Shown here: positions 51,301 through 57,580 of the stretch, piece by piece
Numbering within the stretch: the first letter of the stretch is position 1
Layout: each line of letters begins with the position of its first letter
Notes under the pieces: model-generated
Databases searched by the model: none
What the model was told of the DNA's origin: nothing
What the model saw: the letters and a program-made list of their open reading frames with translations, nothing else
Translations under genes and position numbers: made by a program
Assembly: GCA_041660605.1 (NCBI GenBank)
Contig: JBAZWB010000001.1
Coordinates: 137,295 to 201,294, forward strand
Length of the DNA: 64,000 nucleotides
Direction of reading: 5' to 3'
Source: Patescibacteria group bacterium
GTDB lineage: Bacteria > Patescibacteriota > Patescibacteriia > UBA10025 > JAHIVO01

Positions 51301-53412
51301 TGGACTATTTCTGGCAATATTGATTTTACTGACGGGACTTACACGGCCACAGCAGACAATATTCTCAAGATGAACGGAACAGCTAAGGCCATCACTTCCG
51401 CCAGCAATGCCTTAAGTAAATTTGAAGTCTCCGGCGGCAGCGTTTCTACTGCAGATGCCTTGTTGGTCAATAAAACGCTCAATATTTCTGGCGGGGGATT
51501 TACGCAGGCAGCCAATGCCAACCTTACCGTGTATGGCAATTTTACGATCGCTATTGGCACGACATTCACCAACGCCTCGGGCACCGGCATCCTCATCTTA
51601 GACGGCAACCCCACGGCCAATACTTTCACGGATAACTCGTCCCCAAAACAGAACATGGGTGACGTACAAATTGGCTTGTCGCCGGGTACCACGGATCTAG
51701 CCAGCGATATGATCGCTAAGAAGTTGACGATTAACGATGGCGACATATTCAACACTAATGGTTATGATCTAAACATTGGTATCGGAGGGATTATTGTCGC
51801 TGCTGATGGTGGCTCAGGCGGAGGCACATTGGATGTTGACGATGACGTGGAAACAGACGGTACGGTTATGGAAACAGACGGCATCTTTGACTTAAAAAGT
51901 GGCGGTGATTTATTAAACAGCGGTGGGACAAACGTGGGTTCCTTGCTGAAATTTACCATGCCGGCAGCCTTAGCTGACGTAACCAGTGATTTAATAACTG
52001 CTGGCACTGGCTCGCTATATGATCTTGAAGTTGATGACGGAGCCGGAGATTATAATTTAATCGTTGAAGTTGAGGATCCATTGGATGTGGATAATAATAT
52101 TAACATTACTGGCGGTATTTTAGATACGAAAACCGGTGAGAGTAACGCTATTACTATTGGCGGCAGTTGGGCCAACAGCGATACGTTTACTGCCCGGTCT
52201 GGTACTGTGACGTTTGACGCAACGTCAGGCACGAAGACCGTAAACCCCGGAACGTCTCCTTTTTATGTGCTTACCTTTAACGGTGTTGGCGGCACCTGGC
52301 AACCGACCACTAATACGGTTACGGTGTCCAGTAATCTGAATGTTACCAACGGTACAGTGGACAACGAAACCAACGACCAGATCCTGGATATTGGCGGAAA
52401 TGTGGCTATCAGTTCTGGCGGAGTACTGCAGGCTTCCTCAACCGCCAGCTTTACTGTCGCTGGCAACTGGGCAAACAGCGGCGATTTCACTGATGGCACC
52501 GGGACAGTCACGCTCGATGGTACGGCGCAGCAGACGCTCTCCGGCCAGCTGACAGGCGCGAATGATCGCTTCTATAACCTGACGGTTACTAACGCGGGCG
52601 CTGCTGACCCTGACGTCATCTTTGATGCCAGCGCTGATACGGATAATAACTTCACGGCCGCAACGGCGGGTACGCAGCTTCAGTTCAAAGCTGGCAGTAC
52701 TTATGCGTTTGACAATATCGCCCTGGACGGCCAGGCAGCGGGTACCAGAGTTTTCCTGCGCTCTTCGTCATTGGGCACGCAGTGGAATATAAATGTCTCC
52801 GGTTCGCGTTCAGTCTCCAACACTAACGTGCGCGATTCATACGCCTGCGGCCAGCCGCCCGATATAGACGCCTCCGACGGCACGAATTTTGACGCTACCA
52901 ATAATAATTGCTGGTTCATTAATTCACTGACTTTTTCGATATCAGATGTAGCCATCGGTTTCGGTCCGCTGGGAGCCGGGGGAGCCCGCTGGGCGACCGG
53001 CGATGGCAATGGCACTGGCGCGCAGCCGGCCGTAGGCAGCGGAGCCCATGAATTGACTATCAGCAGCAATTCAGACAATGGTTACGCCATTACTTACTAC
53101 GGCACGACCCTGACTGGCGAGCATGGCACTATCAGCAATGCCACCATTGCCGGTGATGGCAATGGTATACCGGGGACTGAGCAGTTTGCGCTGTCAGCTT
53201 CTGCCTCTGGCGATGCGGTTATCCCCGTTGACTATCGGTATAGCAGCAATAACTATGGTTTTGTTGAAAATTCGCTCACTACATTAGTCTCTGAATCCGG
53301 GCCAACAGCTTCAGAAACAATTGATCTATATTATATAGCTAATATTGCGACGCAAACCGAAGCCGGAGAATATAGTACAGCAATAATATATATTGCCACC
53401 GCAACTTTCTAA
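33379..53412 (+). CDS. Giant (6677 aa) repetitive surface protein with N-terminal HTH and TM
   Basis: 20-kb uninterrupted ORF; LLTIEQVGEIFNIHANTVRNWDRTGKLKAVR (MerR/excisionase-type HTH); TM at aa ~131-157; Thr/Gly/Asn-rich repeats; GTG start uncertain. Confidence 0.93.
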   Translation: MTLQRFFNKNTPNWLTKPKRGNRGKEIDFKSYPALLTIEQVGEIFNIHANTVRNWDRTGKLKAVRMGSRRDRRYPKEMVQKIYLEMHPKETEDKKESNEKTALPAPEVSKYIIQPGFSFNKIRLLLISKRFTVFVYSVIMVAVAFVTVQVSFFAYVYTIRAEEKPPEEYTLTINPTVVKGWQNPDKAKEIETKTNSPISDFTEKNAAIFHNKPVVSPTEAPAVPIKAEEVLPAANTNHETITDTNVNINTAVPPPSPEPPPANSNLNQAVTPANTNVNVNTNTNSNSNANANTNSESVNTNSENTNTNLNSNSNANTGVESDLNANTNTSVPVEGQPQVKVLGEETSQVGEVIETAQENIFEASGYAFPDTVPELAKLKSVKIIYSLAADTYPDNEDVITLSYSLDNGDSWQTADSFALLDNVSNSTHGGYWEVSLNNIDIKDFAKIRARVSYNAVPSDKDAKAYLDGIILEAVVKNPEPAVVEIQNSVEIEKTDVKIDEQPVVSVAVEQESFFSFIGAASQTREVKDIELVDPSGEAIKEVNYDLQEVQEGKTIKAEYAIQTDNFDKPGRYQVKMQIEQDGVTEEVTQEFNWGVLAINPDQSIYQAGQPAMLSIGVLDETGNMVCDADVTLEITNPDGEVTIKKTSDGGITVSQYCTYKGEFKGPDYYTDYIPSVPGTYKMKLSATHHSGTNVINDSFEAQLFPEYTIKRTGPTRVFPYIYQPMVLEVTAQKDFEGEITEVVPDVFEVKDTDDAQMRRFTSGTVIYKEIVWQRALAAGQTMKLSYNFKTPEKSPALYFVGPARVGDWNEGREWQMAIDVTYMYVLAKNASAPSGWTDDTATFDNKYLRGAATFSSTGGGAATHAPTIHHNNVNPSTDAAGTTCTRRCGAVATLAHTHTSSNPTIGDASNDPAYHTFYVWKNNTGVPANIPQNAFGFFDANPGGSWTRLSAADSRLVKLDNSHTTGGTDTHSHTVTWQSLAAASGSSSSLDPLLGDGTAASVHGHFAPAFGSTDSQTSVPQYVTTLIYEQTNATPPAIPTGYIGLFDADPGAGWTVISDGALEDYYQRFIRGDATTEGTKAGANTTDHAEVTSGASDAPDTNALGSVGTVYSGPNHTHTITTGFNTEDHTPSYVDFVVAQYTGASSTINLSGVAYQENESSPINGSSVNKTVNLLVNGAATACGGAACTDEITTSDGAWAITGITAVSGDIITVFLNDETEEGTTVFKSDGVTQTNINIFQNAVIVRNDTGTSITNANLESGDRDAGDNDIKFDVSSSNVTVDSGFELHVWTGDTYDPGGTVSTNATGGDVHVDDSATIYFDTATSQVGLGTIVDASATLNLDAATTFGGDVTINSTGTWNNTTANLSLTIPGSLQNNGTFNAGTGTYTFNGATKTFSGTTATTIPSVSVSGTLQNNGTLTVSSALAGGGTLTNGATGALHIDVAAASLTLTTLTASASGNTVDYGYAGAQTVKAVTYHHLSFSGSGAKTLTSLTTVNGDLTWSGTATGTSASSLIVGGNLVINDTANFSAGAVNLTVMGTTSITGTLTFNSSTGTKILTGAVTINANGTWTNSGNSALWFKGGLTNNSANTFTAGSGAYAFYTNDQAIGGTNAISIPNVNVPTITLTNNGTLTVTTQLTGSGGITNSATGALHIDAASFSLTTLTASASGNTVDYGYAGVQTVHDNTYHHLTLSGSGDKTMTTNTRTIGGNLTLSGTATATTNASGTTTVTGDVIINTGTTLTVAVAFVVNGGDITGDGTLTYTGTPIIYLNGTGNLGGATAWTFYSLNLAASGGTATTTAIGAGQITIASTLTLVYYYNAGNDTESFHHLNAGPKTWTLSGSGTPFIKNATFTPATSTFIYSGTGSTNITGATYNNLTLQPSSGTPTYTLADSTAYTIGGNLVMSSTANLTVSAGTSIITMTGTSNTITGGGQTIYDLTINPATAGTITLQTSGLTLTRNLIVSSGDIFSVGAIALTVTGTSTITGTINITSATGTKIFTGLVTVSTTTGVWNNSGNSAVTFRGGITNNNTFTAGSGVHTFDTNSQALTGTFSIPSVTVTSPTTLTNDGTLTISTALSGTGGLTNSATGTLNIGGTSGITTITASASGNTVNYTGGVQTVHINTYHHLTLSGSGAKTMTSVQTVNGNLTLSGTVTATISSSFGVGLDVIINTGTTLTVAAQLIVSGGDITGDGTMTYTGTPTVYLIGTGSFGGANAWSFYNLTFAISSGAATTTTATGAGQITVASVLALSYWFNGDSDVNHYLDAGSKTWTLSGSGTPFPYNRAYAQLIPNASTFIYSGTSATNVRYAPYNNLTLSGAATYTQLTGGCTVSGALNVANGATFSIPTSMTVTNSGTFTLNTSGTVSGAGTVKFTSTSAGPGTGGTLSAVVQYDSSGGSIASTTFDARTYVGAVDIYGNNSSNSVTAASGTYTFSGNLSITQDGTGTTTLDLNTSDPTVGVTGTTTIDASTILSASSASAMSLGDDFTNNGTFTHNSGSVALTTTATATITGNTTFNNLSVSGIGAAKTITFTASSVTTVVGTWTVTGTAGNLITLQSSSSPTQWTINPTVASVSYVQVSDSNNTGVAFCATYSTDTGDNNTNWSVSSGGVCTTINVSGTIYTDEGSTVYNCSSNNLTVRIKVNGVGSYSADCTAAGGTFAVSNVSVGAINDVVTVFLDNETPNAVTITKTADTTSNLTDINLYQNKAIVRHESASAITNANLDQYDFANEGSDGDIGFTVTTNNITVASGWELHVWTGKTYNPGGTVATNATGGDLHVDDSGVFTTGGTTTVGANLAIDTGATMTAGAYDLTVTGTTGITGTMTISSATGTKILTGSVTVNSGGTWTNSGNSNVEFQGGLTNNSANTFTAGTGGYAFDTNSQAIGGTNAISIPSVTVTGVTLTNNGTLTVTTALAGSGGITNATTGALHIDVAAASFTLTTLTASASGNTVDYGYAGAQTVKATTYHHLILSTSGAKTMTNVTTINGNLTMTGTVTASTSTSGQTTVAGDVSIGTGTTLTVDTANLVVNGGDITGDGTLTYNGTPTVSLDGNGSFGGNTAWSFWNLTFADAACATLYSNATGSGGITVNNVMTTASQPGACIEVDEVSNAHDLYAGSKTWTIAGSGTSYVKNRGVLTPETSTFIYSGTGSTTVALGPYNNLTLQPSTGTPTYTLQNSTYSIGGNLVIVPDITAGTSTVNMTGTSNTITGGGRSIYNLTINPATAGTITLQTSGLTVAHNLIVSSGDIFSVGAVDLTVTGTSTITGTLTLSSATGTKIFTGLVTVSTTTGTWNNSGNSAITFQGGLTNNNVFTAGTGVYTFDTNDQAIGGTSTIAIPSVTVTTITLTNNGTLTVTTALAGTGGITNDTTGSLHIDVAAASLTLTTLTATASGNTVDYGYAGAQTVHDNSYHHLTLSGSGDKTMPAGTKNIGGNLTLSGTATATTYSGVGTTSVTGDVSIGTGTTLTIAKDILVSGGDITGDGNLTYINTPIVYLSGAGNFGGATNWSFYDLIFSISSSPNTTTTAIGAGQITVASVLTISSWNDGFGETYYHNLDAGSKTWTLSGSGTPFTGNATLTPSASTFVYSGTSATTVDAGPYYNLSLQPASPPDYVIYTIGDTTVGGNLVMSTLAQKLITQVGTSTVTMTGTSNTITSGGQSLYNLTINPSSAGTITVQTDDFQVDGALDIADNDTFSIPTGRTVTSIGAITLNTSGTVSGAGTLSLDYRSTGLGTGGTVSCIVRFDTTSASIGAGTFDARTYGGLVQLYNNQQTLDRVITAPATGTFVFSGGLTMRVNNQYGELTADFDDTTDPTVTVTGSVTIPAGGTFLAPSSTTLSVGASFSNSGTFTHNSGTVALTTSAAATITGNTTFNNLSVTGIGAAKAITFTGSSVTTVAGTWTVTGTAGNLITLQSSDTNNWTINPAAASVSYASISRSTNTGISFCAIYSTNGGNNAGWNISIGPICESVSITGIIYTDEGSTLYNCASNNLTIAVKVNGYGTYSSTCTTADGEYVLSDVMVDGTNDVLTVFLNNETPNAVAVSKIADTPAGINNLNLYQDKVIVRHESSSAMTNANLDKYDFVNEGSDGDIGFTVTTNNITVASGWELHVWTGDTYDPGGTVTTNATGGDLHVDDSAVVYLDTATNAIGRDILVDGSATLNIDADTTVSGGDITISGSGATVTKSTGTPTVTITGTGSIGGGTTPSISFYSLTVGTATAASTTAANNISVTNTLNVDTSDSLAIASGMTVTHSGATLTLNGTISGAGRLTYKSSTAFPTGGTISSILRFDSSSNNQDLSSRTYGGNVEIYGNNASNIVTAASGTYTISGSLTTSQDGTGATALDLNANAPNLTVNGALTVGANTILSSTANILDVKGNLTNNGTFSNNGGTVRLSGTSQQTMSGSWNGAQLADLTVTNNSGSDPDTSPSVIFSSSVSLNGTFTAATGGTKLRFNTGITFWAYGLTLTGSAGNLVYLRSSTSGTEVTFEYGGLAQSVTYADVKDMDNGGGTVINATGTGNVNSGNNTNWDFGSIRVAGTIYSNDGVTPYNCSSDNLTIKVSTNGGAVNSGTCTAANGTFVMTNITKPGAIDQPIALLIDSGETPQATSVTLAASTLGDANMDLYQNRLIIDSETGTTMTDILLDTADNSGDAGIRYAIASGNLSVSSGLGLWVWTGKNFTPGGTVTTPASGTAAGGAGDVNIAASATLNMAANALSVGGDFTNSGTFTITSGQATTFTATGTDFAIDDGTATFQNIIFNGSGGGWSFSSAVTLSGDLTMTAGMLSGTSDITVNGNDITGNGTINLTGGTVSLPDTGSLGGDAAWTFYNLSLTQASFTDKTTTAIGSGSITVSNVLRGYSAYDAGSDHDYFHILAAGSKTWILSGTGTPFANGGLLVGDTSTFRYTGNGATNIASAEDATTNYYYNLELKPSGTATYTLPDAIVSTPQRVNGNLIIGNGTNSVTVDGTTNNPYYNIGGNVTCTTGAGTNTVQTGTATWAIAGDFDLSNCDVFTATAGNTITLSGTSKTYTHNNLAGNPYNLNITGTIAESTPGTNYIDNNLTISGTFTSTAATLGVGNTFTNNGTFNANNGDVVFSGSSGIIAGSSTTTFFGLFVQPTGSGTVTVNGSNPTVTDDLSVATGDTLSISSGQILSHTGGTIDLLGIMSGDGLLRITNGSSGPGTTGTLNVDVRYENGISETTLDARTYGGDVEFYIDSEALMSASSRMASGTYNFNGNLYINAVNNANISLEGNFNNPTVNVTGNIDFLGSGPGMEIIQTGTGTWTVGGNIDFTDGTYTATTGNTLTMNGADATINTGGNSLYNFSTSGTGIITTASAITVTNDVSIGTGSTLRANTDTSVAGDLTGDGTLTYTSGTPTVTMSNTGNIGGATAWTFYNLTLSADASSDYTTTAAGIGNINIDNVLTTESADCGVDCFRYHYLNGGLKTWTLTGSGTPFINNGSLTPASSTFVFSGTSATTVAGATYNNLLLLPPSGTPTYTLAGSQYIAGDFSMAAGLTMDAGAYTVTMAGTNNSIISNGQTLYNLTIDPATTGTITVQTGNLTVSNNLRIEAGDTLAIDNGVTLAHTGNDLIILDSASTIAGPGRLTYRSATAFPTDGTLSAGLILRLDTTSTNQTMSSRTDYQLVEIDNSGATGGRTVTIGSGTAQTVTTSGALSVLSSGSGSVELAGATYNPAVNIGGDLSYTAGGGTKTITTGTGTWTVSGNVNLTNGTFTKSTGHTLVMNGSSKTLTSAAQILENLTLSGTITLANATHTVNGSLTLSGTVTAGSSNVTMTGTSNTIVGGGNILSTLTINPSSTGTITLQTSDLTVSGTLSVAADDTLSIDTSRTVTAVDTLVINGTISGAGRLTFKGYTFPGTGTVSSIVRMDATDAGSGQNIGARTFGGLVEIYNNSASSNRIVSLQSGTFNFSGDVNLTAANNQNVTLDGSGNDSTVNITGNLDFTGAGSGSEIIASGTGTWTISGNIDFTDGTYTATADNILKMNGTAKAITSASNALSKFEVSGGSVSTADALLVNKTLNISGGGFTQAANANLTVYGNFTIAIGTTFTNASGTGILILDGNPTANTFTDNSSPKQNMGDVQIGLSPGTTDLASDMIAKKLTINDGDIFNTNGYDLNIGIGGIIVAADGGSGGGTLDVDDDVETDGTVMETDGIFDLKSGGDLLNSGGTNVGSLLKFTMPAALADVTSDLITAGTGSLYDLEVDDGAGDYNLIVEVEDPLDVDNNINITGGILDTKTGESNAITIGGSWANSDTFTARSGTVTFDATSGTKTVNPGTSPFYVLTFNGVGGTWQPTTNTVTVSSNLNVTNGTVDNETNDQILDIGGNVAISSGGVLQASSTASFTVAGNWANSGDFTDGTGTVTLDGTAQQTLSGQLTGANDRFYNLTVTNAGAADPDVIFDASADTDNNFTAATAGTQLQFKAGSTYAFDNIALDGQAAGTRVFLRSSSLGTQWNINVSGSRSVSNTNVRDSYACGQPPDIDASDGTNFDATNNNCWFINSLTFSISDVAIGFGPLGAGGARWATGDGNGTGAQPAVGSGAHELTISSNSDNGYAITYYGTTLTGEHGTISNATIAGDGNGIPGTEQFALSASASGDAVIPVDYRYSSNNYGFVENSLTTLVSESGPTASETIDLYYIANIATQTEAGEYSTAIIYIATATF

Positions 53413-53427
53413 TATTAGCCATTGTCT

Positions 53428-53456
53428 TTGACACATTAAAGTATTTATGATATACT
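53428..53456 (+). promoter_or_regulatory. Extended -10 sigma70 promoter for the 355-aa gene
   Basis: TTGACA-17-TATACT with TG at -15/-14. Confidence 0.7.
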
Positions 53457-53558
53457 ATCTGCAGATAACGTGGTTAAATGTGGTTTTTCTCGGATTTTTT
53501 AATAAAACCGAAAAAATTAAATTAATATATAAAAATTAATAATTAAAATGAGCAAAAT

Positions 53559-54626
53559 ATGGTTAAACTAAAACGATTGTATGTCGTAATTTTAGCTCTT
53601 TTTTTAGTGGTAGCGTTTAACGTACCAGCCCTACCAGCCTGGGCTGCCAGTCTGTCTGATATGTCAGACACCTTGACTACGGCTGCTCAGAATACTGTTG
53701 CAAATCATACTATTCTCTTCACCACCCCGACTGGCGTTCCTGCAGGGCAGACAATCACCTTAACATTTGATACGGATTTTCAGGATCTGGCGGGTATCAC
53801 TGAGAATGACGTGGATATTGCCGATGACACCGTAGATTTAACAACTGCTGCCGACTGTACCGGCGCTGAACAGGCTAGCGTAGCCATGGCCAGCCCGACT
53901 TTAACGATTACCATCTGCGCTGGTGACGGTGGAGATATCGCGGCTGCCAGTAATGTAACTATTGAAATAGGTACTAATGCTACTGCCTCCGGTATTGGCG
54001 CTAATCAGATAAAGAATCCAGCCGCCGCGGAAACTTCCATGATTGCTTTAGCCGGCACGATGGCTGATTCCGGCACTCTTTCGGTAGTAACAATTGCAGA
54101 CGATAGCGTCGCGGTTACCGCCACGGTAAATCCTAGTATTACTTTTTCAATAACAGACACGGCTATTGGTTTTGGCGCTTTGACTTCAGCCAATGCCCGT
54201 TTTGCTACTGCAGATGGTAACGGCTCTGATACTGACAGCACCGCTGCCTTTACTATGGATGTATCCACAAATTCAACAAATGGTTATGCCATTACATATA
54301 ATGGTTCAACGCTGACTAGCGGAGCAGATACCATTACTGTAGCCAATATTACCAATGATGCAAATGGAACTGCTAATACGGAAGAGTTCGGCATGGGCTT
54401 GTCAGCCAGCGGAGACGCGACAGTTGCCGCTGCCTATGATCACAATGCGACAGCAGGCAATCGCGACTGGGCATTTATCGATGCCACGACCACCACGATT
54501 GTTTCCGAAAACGGCCCAACCGCCACGGAAACCATCAGCGCTTTCTTCCTGGCGAACATTTCCGGCAATACCGAAGCAGGCAGCTATTCAACCGCGATAA
54601 CCTATATTGCCACCGCCACTTTTTAG
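53559..54626 (+). CDS. Secreted protein with WxL-like C-terminal domain paralogous to the giant protein's C-terminus
   Basis: Signal peptide (AWA-A); ends EAGSYSTAITYIATATF versus EAGEYSTAIIYIATATF in the giant ORF. Confidence 0.85.
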   Translation: MVKLKRLYVVILALFLVVAFNVPALPAWAASLSDMSDTLTTAAQNTVANHTILFTTPTGVPAGQTITLTFDTDFQDLAGITENDVDIADDTVDLTTAADCTGAEQASVAMASPTLTITICAGDGGDIAAASNVTIEIGTNATASGIGANQIKNPAAAETSMIALAGTMADSGTLSVVTIADDSVAVTATVNPSITFSITDTAIGFGALTSANARFATADGNGSDTDSTAAFTMDVSTNSTNGYAITYNGSTLTSGADTITVANITNDANGTANTEEFGMGLSASGDATVAAAYDHNATAGNRDWAFIDATTTTIVSENGPTATETISAFFLANISGNTEAGSYSTAITYIATATF

Positions 54627-54708
54627 CCGTGAACAAGCTTTTTGCTCTTCCTAACCTTAGGTAAAGGATACAGGAGGGAGGGTAGACATAATTTAAATAA
54701 TTAACCCC

Positions 54709-55638
54709 ATGCTTATGTCGAAAAAAAATATTATCGCTTTCAGCGCTATCCTGTTCTTTGCCTTTTTGGTGCTGCCGAAGATTTCGGCTGCACTGGAAGT
54801 AACGCCCGCTATACGCGAGGTTGATCTGGCTAAGGGAGAGAAGACCGTGGTCATGATTGAACTGCAGAATGAGGCCACAGAAACCATGCAATTAAACACG
54901 CAGGTGGTCAATTTTACGGCTAAAGATGAGATTTCCGGCGAGCCGGAATACAATCTGACCGGTACGCCTACTGGTATTGCTACCTGGACTACTGTACAGG
55001 CAGGCCCGATAGTTATCCAGCCTTCCGGCAAAGTAGAAGTCCCGGTAACTTTTGATACGCCTGCCACTGCTACACCCGGCGGCCACTACGTCGGGGTGGT
55101 TTTTAGTTTTGTAGAATCTGCCGCTGCGGCAACCAATAACAGCCTGAAGATTGAGTCAAAAGTGGCAGTACCAATATTAGCGACTGTCGCGGGCAACTTT
55201 ACGGAAAGCGCCAGGATTGTTGCTTTCAAAACAAATAAGACTAATTATACTTCCGGCCCGGTTAAATTTACCCTGCGTTATGAAAATACCGGCGCTGTTC
55301 ACCTGAAGCCTACCGGTAAAGTCACCGTAACCAGCATGTTCGGCAAGGTGGTGAAGGAAGCTACCATTAATACCGAATTAAGCGCAGTCCTGCCGGGGAC
55401 TATCAGGCAGTATGACGTCGCCAGCTGGAAAGACCTAGGCAGTGCTTTTGGCAAATATACCGCCAAGGTCACTCTGACATCAAGCGGCGTAGTCACTAAT
55501 GACACTTACGATTTTTGGGTATTTTCAACCACCGGCATTGTTATCGCGGTTGTCATATTATTAGTGGTTATGATCCTGATAGTTTTACTGATTAAGGCTT
55601 TAACCAAGAAAAAAACAGAAGCCCCGGCTGCTAAATAG
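54709..55638 (+). CDS. DUF916/DUF3324-like (WxL-interacting type) protein with C-terminal TM
   Basis: Signal peptide, PATATPGGHY, FTLRYENTGAVHLKPTG, GKYTAKVTL, TM plus basic tail. Confidence 0.75.
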   Translation: MLMSKKNIIAFSAILFFAFLVLPKISAALEVTPAIREVDLAKGEKTVVMIELQNEATETMQLNTQVVNFTAKDEISGEPEYNLTGTPTGIATWTTVQAGPIVIQPSGKVEVPVTFDTPATATPGGHYVGVVFSFVESAAAATNNSLKIESKVAVPILATVAGNFTESARIVAFKTNKTNYTSGPVKFTLRYENTGAVHLKPTGKVTVTSMFGKVVKEATINTELSAVLPGTIRQYDVASWKDLGSAFGKYTAKVTLTSSGVVTNDTYDFWVFSTTGIVIAVVILLVVMILIVLLIKALTKKKTEAPAAK

Positions 55639-55653
55639 CTTTTATAATAAGTT

Positions 55654-56661
55654 TTGTGTATGCATTGCATTGTGAAAAAAATTAATTTTCGCCTGATCTT
55701 CCTTTTTGCATTTGTTGTCGTTGGGACTCTGCTTTTGGGAAATGGAGCGCAAGCCGTGACGCTTATTCCGCCGTCGTTGGAAATTGGCTTAAAACCGGGC
55801 GCTGAATATGACACAGTTATAAAGCTTTTTAACGAAACTTCAAATACCATCAGTTTATATACTGAAGTAACCAATTTTTCCGCTAAGGGAGAAACCGGTC
55901 AGCCGGAATTTGATTTTGGCGGTGAGCTAATCGGCCTGGCAAAATGGATAAACGTGGAAAAAGGCCCGATCGTCATTGAGCCGGGAAAACGTTATGAAGT
56001 TCCGGTGGCCATCAAGACTCCTGTTGACGCCGATCCGGGCGGCCATTATGCGACCTTGTTTTTCAGCTCTTCTCCTCCGGAAGAAGGCCAGCTGCGCATT
56101 GCCTCAAAGGTAGGTACGCTGATCCTAGCGCGAGTCGACGGGGAAATAAAGGAAGCAGGAAGCATCACTGAATTCAGCGCTAGCAAAAAAACTTTTTCGA
56201 GTCTGCCGGTTGAATTTACCATTCGCTTCAGTAATTCCGGAAATGTCCATCTGAAGCCCACAGGAAAGATTGCTGTAAAAAATATTTTTGGGAAGGAAAC
56301 AGTTTCTATTGATTTTAACGCCAGCAAAGGAGCCACTCTGCCAAATACCGTACGCATGTATCAGGCTACCTGGGACAAGGGGCTGATCATTGATAAATCG
56401 GGCAATGTCTGGTCAGATTTCTGGCAGGGTTACAGCAATGAAAAAAACAATTTTGCCCTGGGCAAATATACCGCTGAATTAAGCATTACTGCTGGTACGC
56501 TGGAGAGCGTCAAGGACACCGCTAAGGTGGGTTTCTGGGTATTGCCCTGGCACATGATGCTGGTCTGGGGCTTACTAGCGGTTTTAGCGGTATTATTGAT
56601 TATATTTTTGATCAAGAAATATAACGCATGGATATTAAAAAAAGCGAAATCACAGCAATAA
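55654..56661 (+). CDS. Second DUF916/DUF3324-like protein with C-terminal TM
   Basis: PVDADPGGHY, FSNSGNVHLKPTG, GKYTAEL, FWVLPW + TM; exact start uncertain (55654-55672). Confidence 0.75.
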   Translation: MCMHCIVKKINFRLIFLFAFVVVGTLLLGNGAQAVTLIPPSLEIGLKPGAEYDTVIKLFNETSNTISLYTEVTNFSAKGETGQPEFDFGGELIGLAKWINVEKGPIVIEPGKRYEVPVAIKTPVDADPGGHYATLFFSSSPPEEGQLRIASKVGTLILARVDGEIKEAGSITEFSASKKTFSSLPVEFTIRFSNSGNVHLKPTGKIAVKNIFGKETVSIDFNASKGATLPNTVRMYQATWDKGLIIDKSGNVWSDFWQGYSNEKNNFALGKYTAELSITAGTLESVKDTAKVGFWVLPWHMMLVWGLLAVLAVLLIIFLIKKYNAWILKKAKSQQ

Positions 56662-56664
56662 GTA

Positions 56665-57576
56665 ATGAAAAAATCGTGCCCGTCATCAGTTAAATATTTT
56701 CGTATACTTTACGTGTTTGTCCCGCTATTAGTATTGATAGCGGGATATTCATTTGCCGAAGCGCAAGTGTCGCGTCAGGTTACGGTCACGGCCACAGTGC
56801 CGGAAAAACCGCCCATAGAAGAGCCGGATACTATTGTAATTTTCCGCGGCATCGCTTACCCCTCATCCACGGTCACTATTAATCAGGACGGTTCGGCTAT
56901 TTCTATTATAACTACCAATACCCAGGCGCAATTTGACGTTTCAGCCAAGGTGGATCCGGGCACTTACACTTTCACCATTATCGGCGTGGATACTGACGGG
57001 GTTGAGGGCAAGGTTTCCAATTTTACTTTGATGCTTTCAGAAGGGACGACTACCACCATCAGCGGGATATTTCTAGGACCGACTATTTCCATTGACGATA
57101 CCGTCATCGGGCCCGGAGAAACCGCCACCCTGGCCGGCACTACGGTGCCTGACAGCGAGGTTAATGTTACCGTCAGCTCGATTGGTACGGCCGCCGCCGC
57201 CGGCGATCCCCAGATTGCCGTGCATATCGCCAGTGCTGATTCAAACGGCCGCTGGCTGCAGCTTTTAAATGCCGACGAAATGGAAGCGGGAGATTATGAA
57301 GCAAAGGCGCAGTCAACAGAACCGCAGAATCATGCGGTTTCTGAATTCAGTAAAATCGTCGGTTTCCAGGTACAGGGGCAGACAGAGCCTGACCAATGCG
57401 CCGGCGCCTTGCCGGGCGATATCAACTGCGATACTTTTGTCAATCTGGTGGATTTCAGTATTTTGCTTTTTTATTGGGACAGCTCCAGCCCGGCTAATCC
57501 GCGGGCCGACATAAATACCGACGGGGTCGTTAATATTATTGATTTTAGCATTATGCTTTTTTACTGGACTGGATAA
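56665..57576 (+). CDS. Secreted Ig-like protein with C-terminal dockerin domain
   Basis: Duplicated Ca-binding repeat GDINCDTFVNLVDFSILLFYW / ADINTDGVVNIIDFSIMLFYW. Confidence 0.85.
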   Translation: MKKSCPSSVKYFRILYVFVPLLVLIAGYSFAEAQVSRQVTVTATVPEKPPIEEPDTIVIFRGIAYPSSTVTINQDGSAISIITTNTQAQFDVSAKVDPGTYTFTIIGVDTDGVEGKVSNFTLMLSEGTTTTISGIFLGPTISIDDTVIGPGETATLAGTTVPDSEVNVTVSSIGTAAAAGDPQIAVHIASADSNGRWLQLLNADEMEAGDYEAKAQSTEPQNHAVSEFSKIVGFQVQGQTEPDQCAGALPGDINCDTFVNLVDFSILLFYWDSSSPANPRADINTDGVVNIIDFSIMLFYWTG

Positions 57577-57580
57577 ATAT

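Noticed and set aside
33754-53078. Many antisense ORFs within the giant gene
   Set aside because: Shadow frames from Thr/Gly codon bias (Val/Pro-rich translations).
33379-53412. Diversity-generating retroelement acting on the giant protein
   Set aside because: No reverse transcriptase in the window and I saw no TR/VR pair with adenine-specific differences; repeats are in-frame coding duplications.
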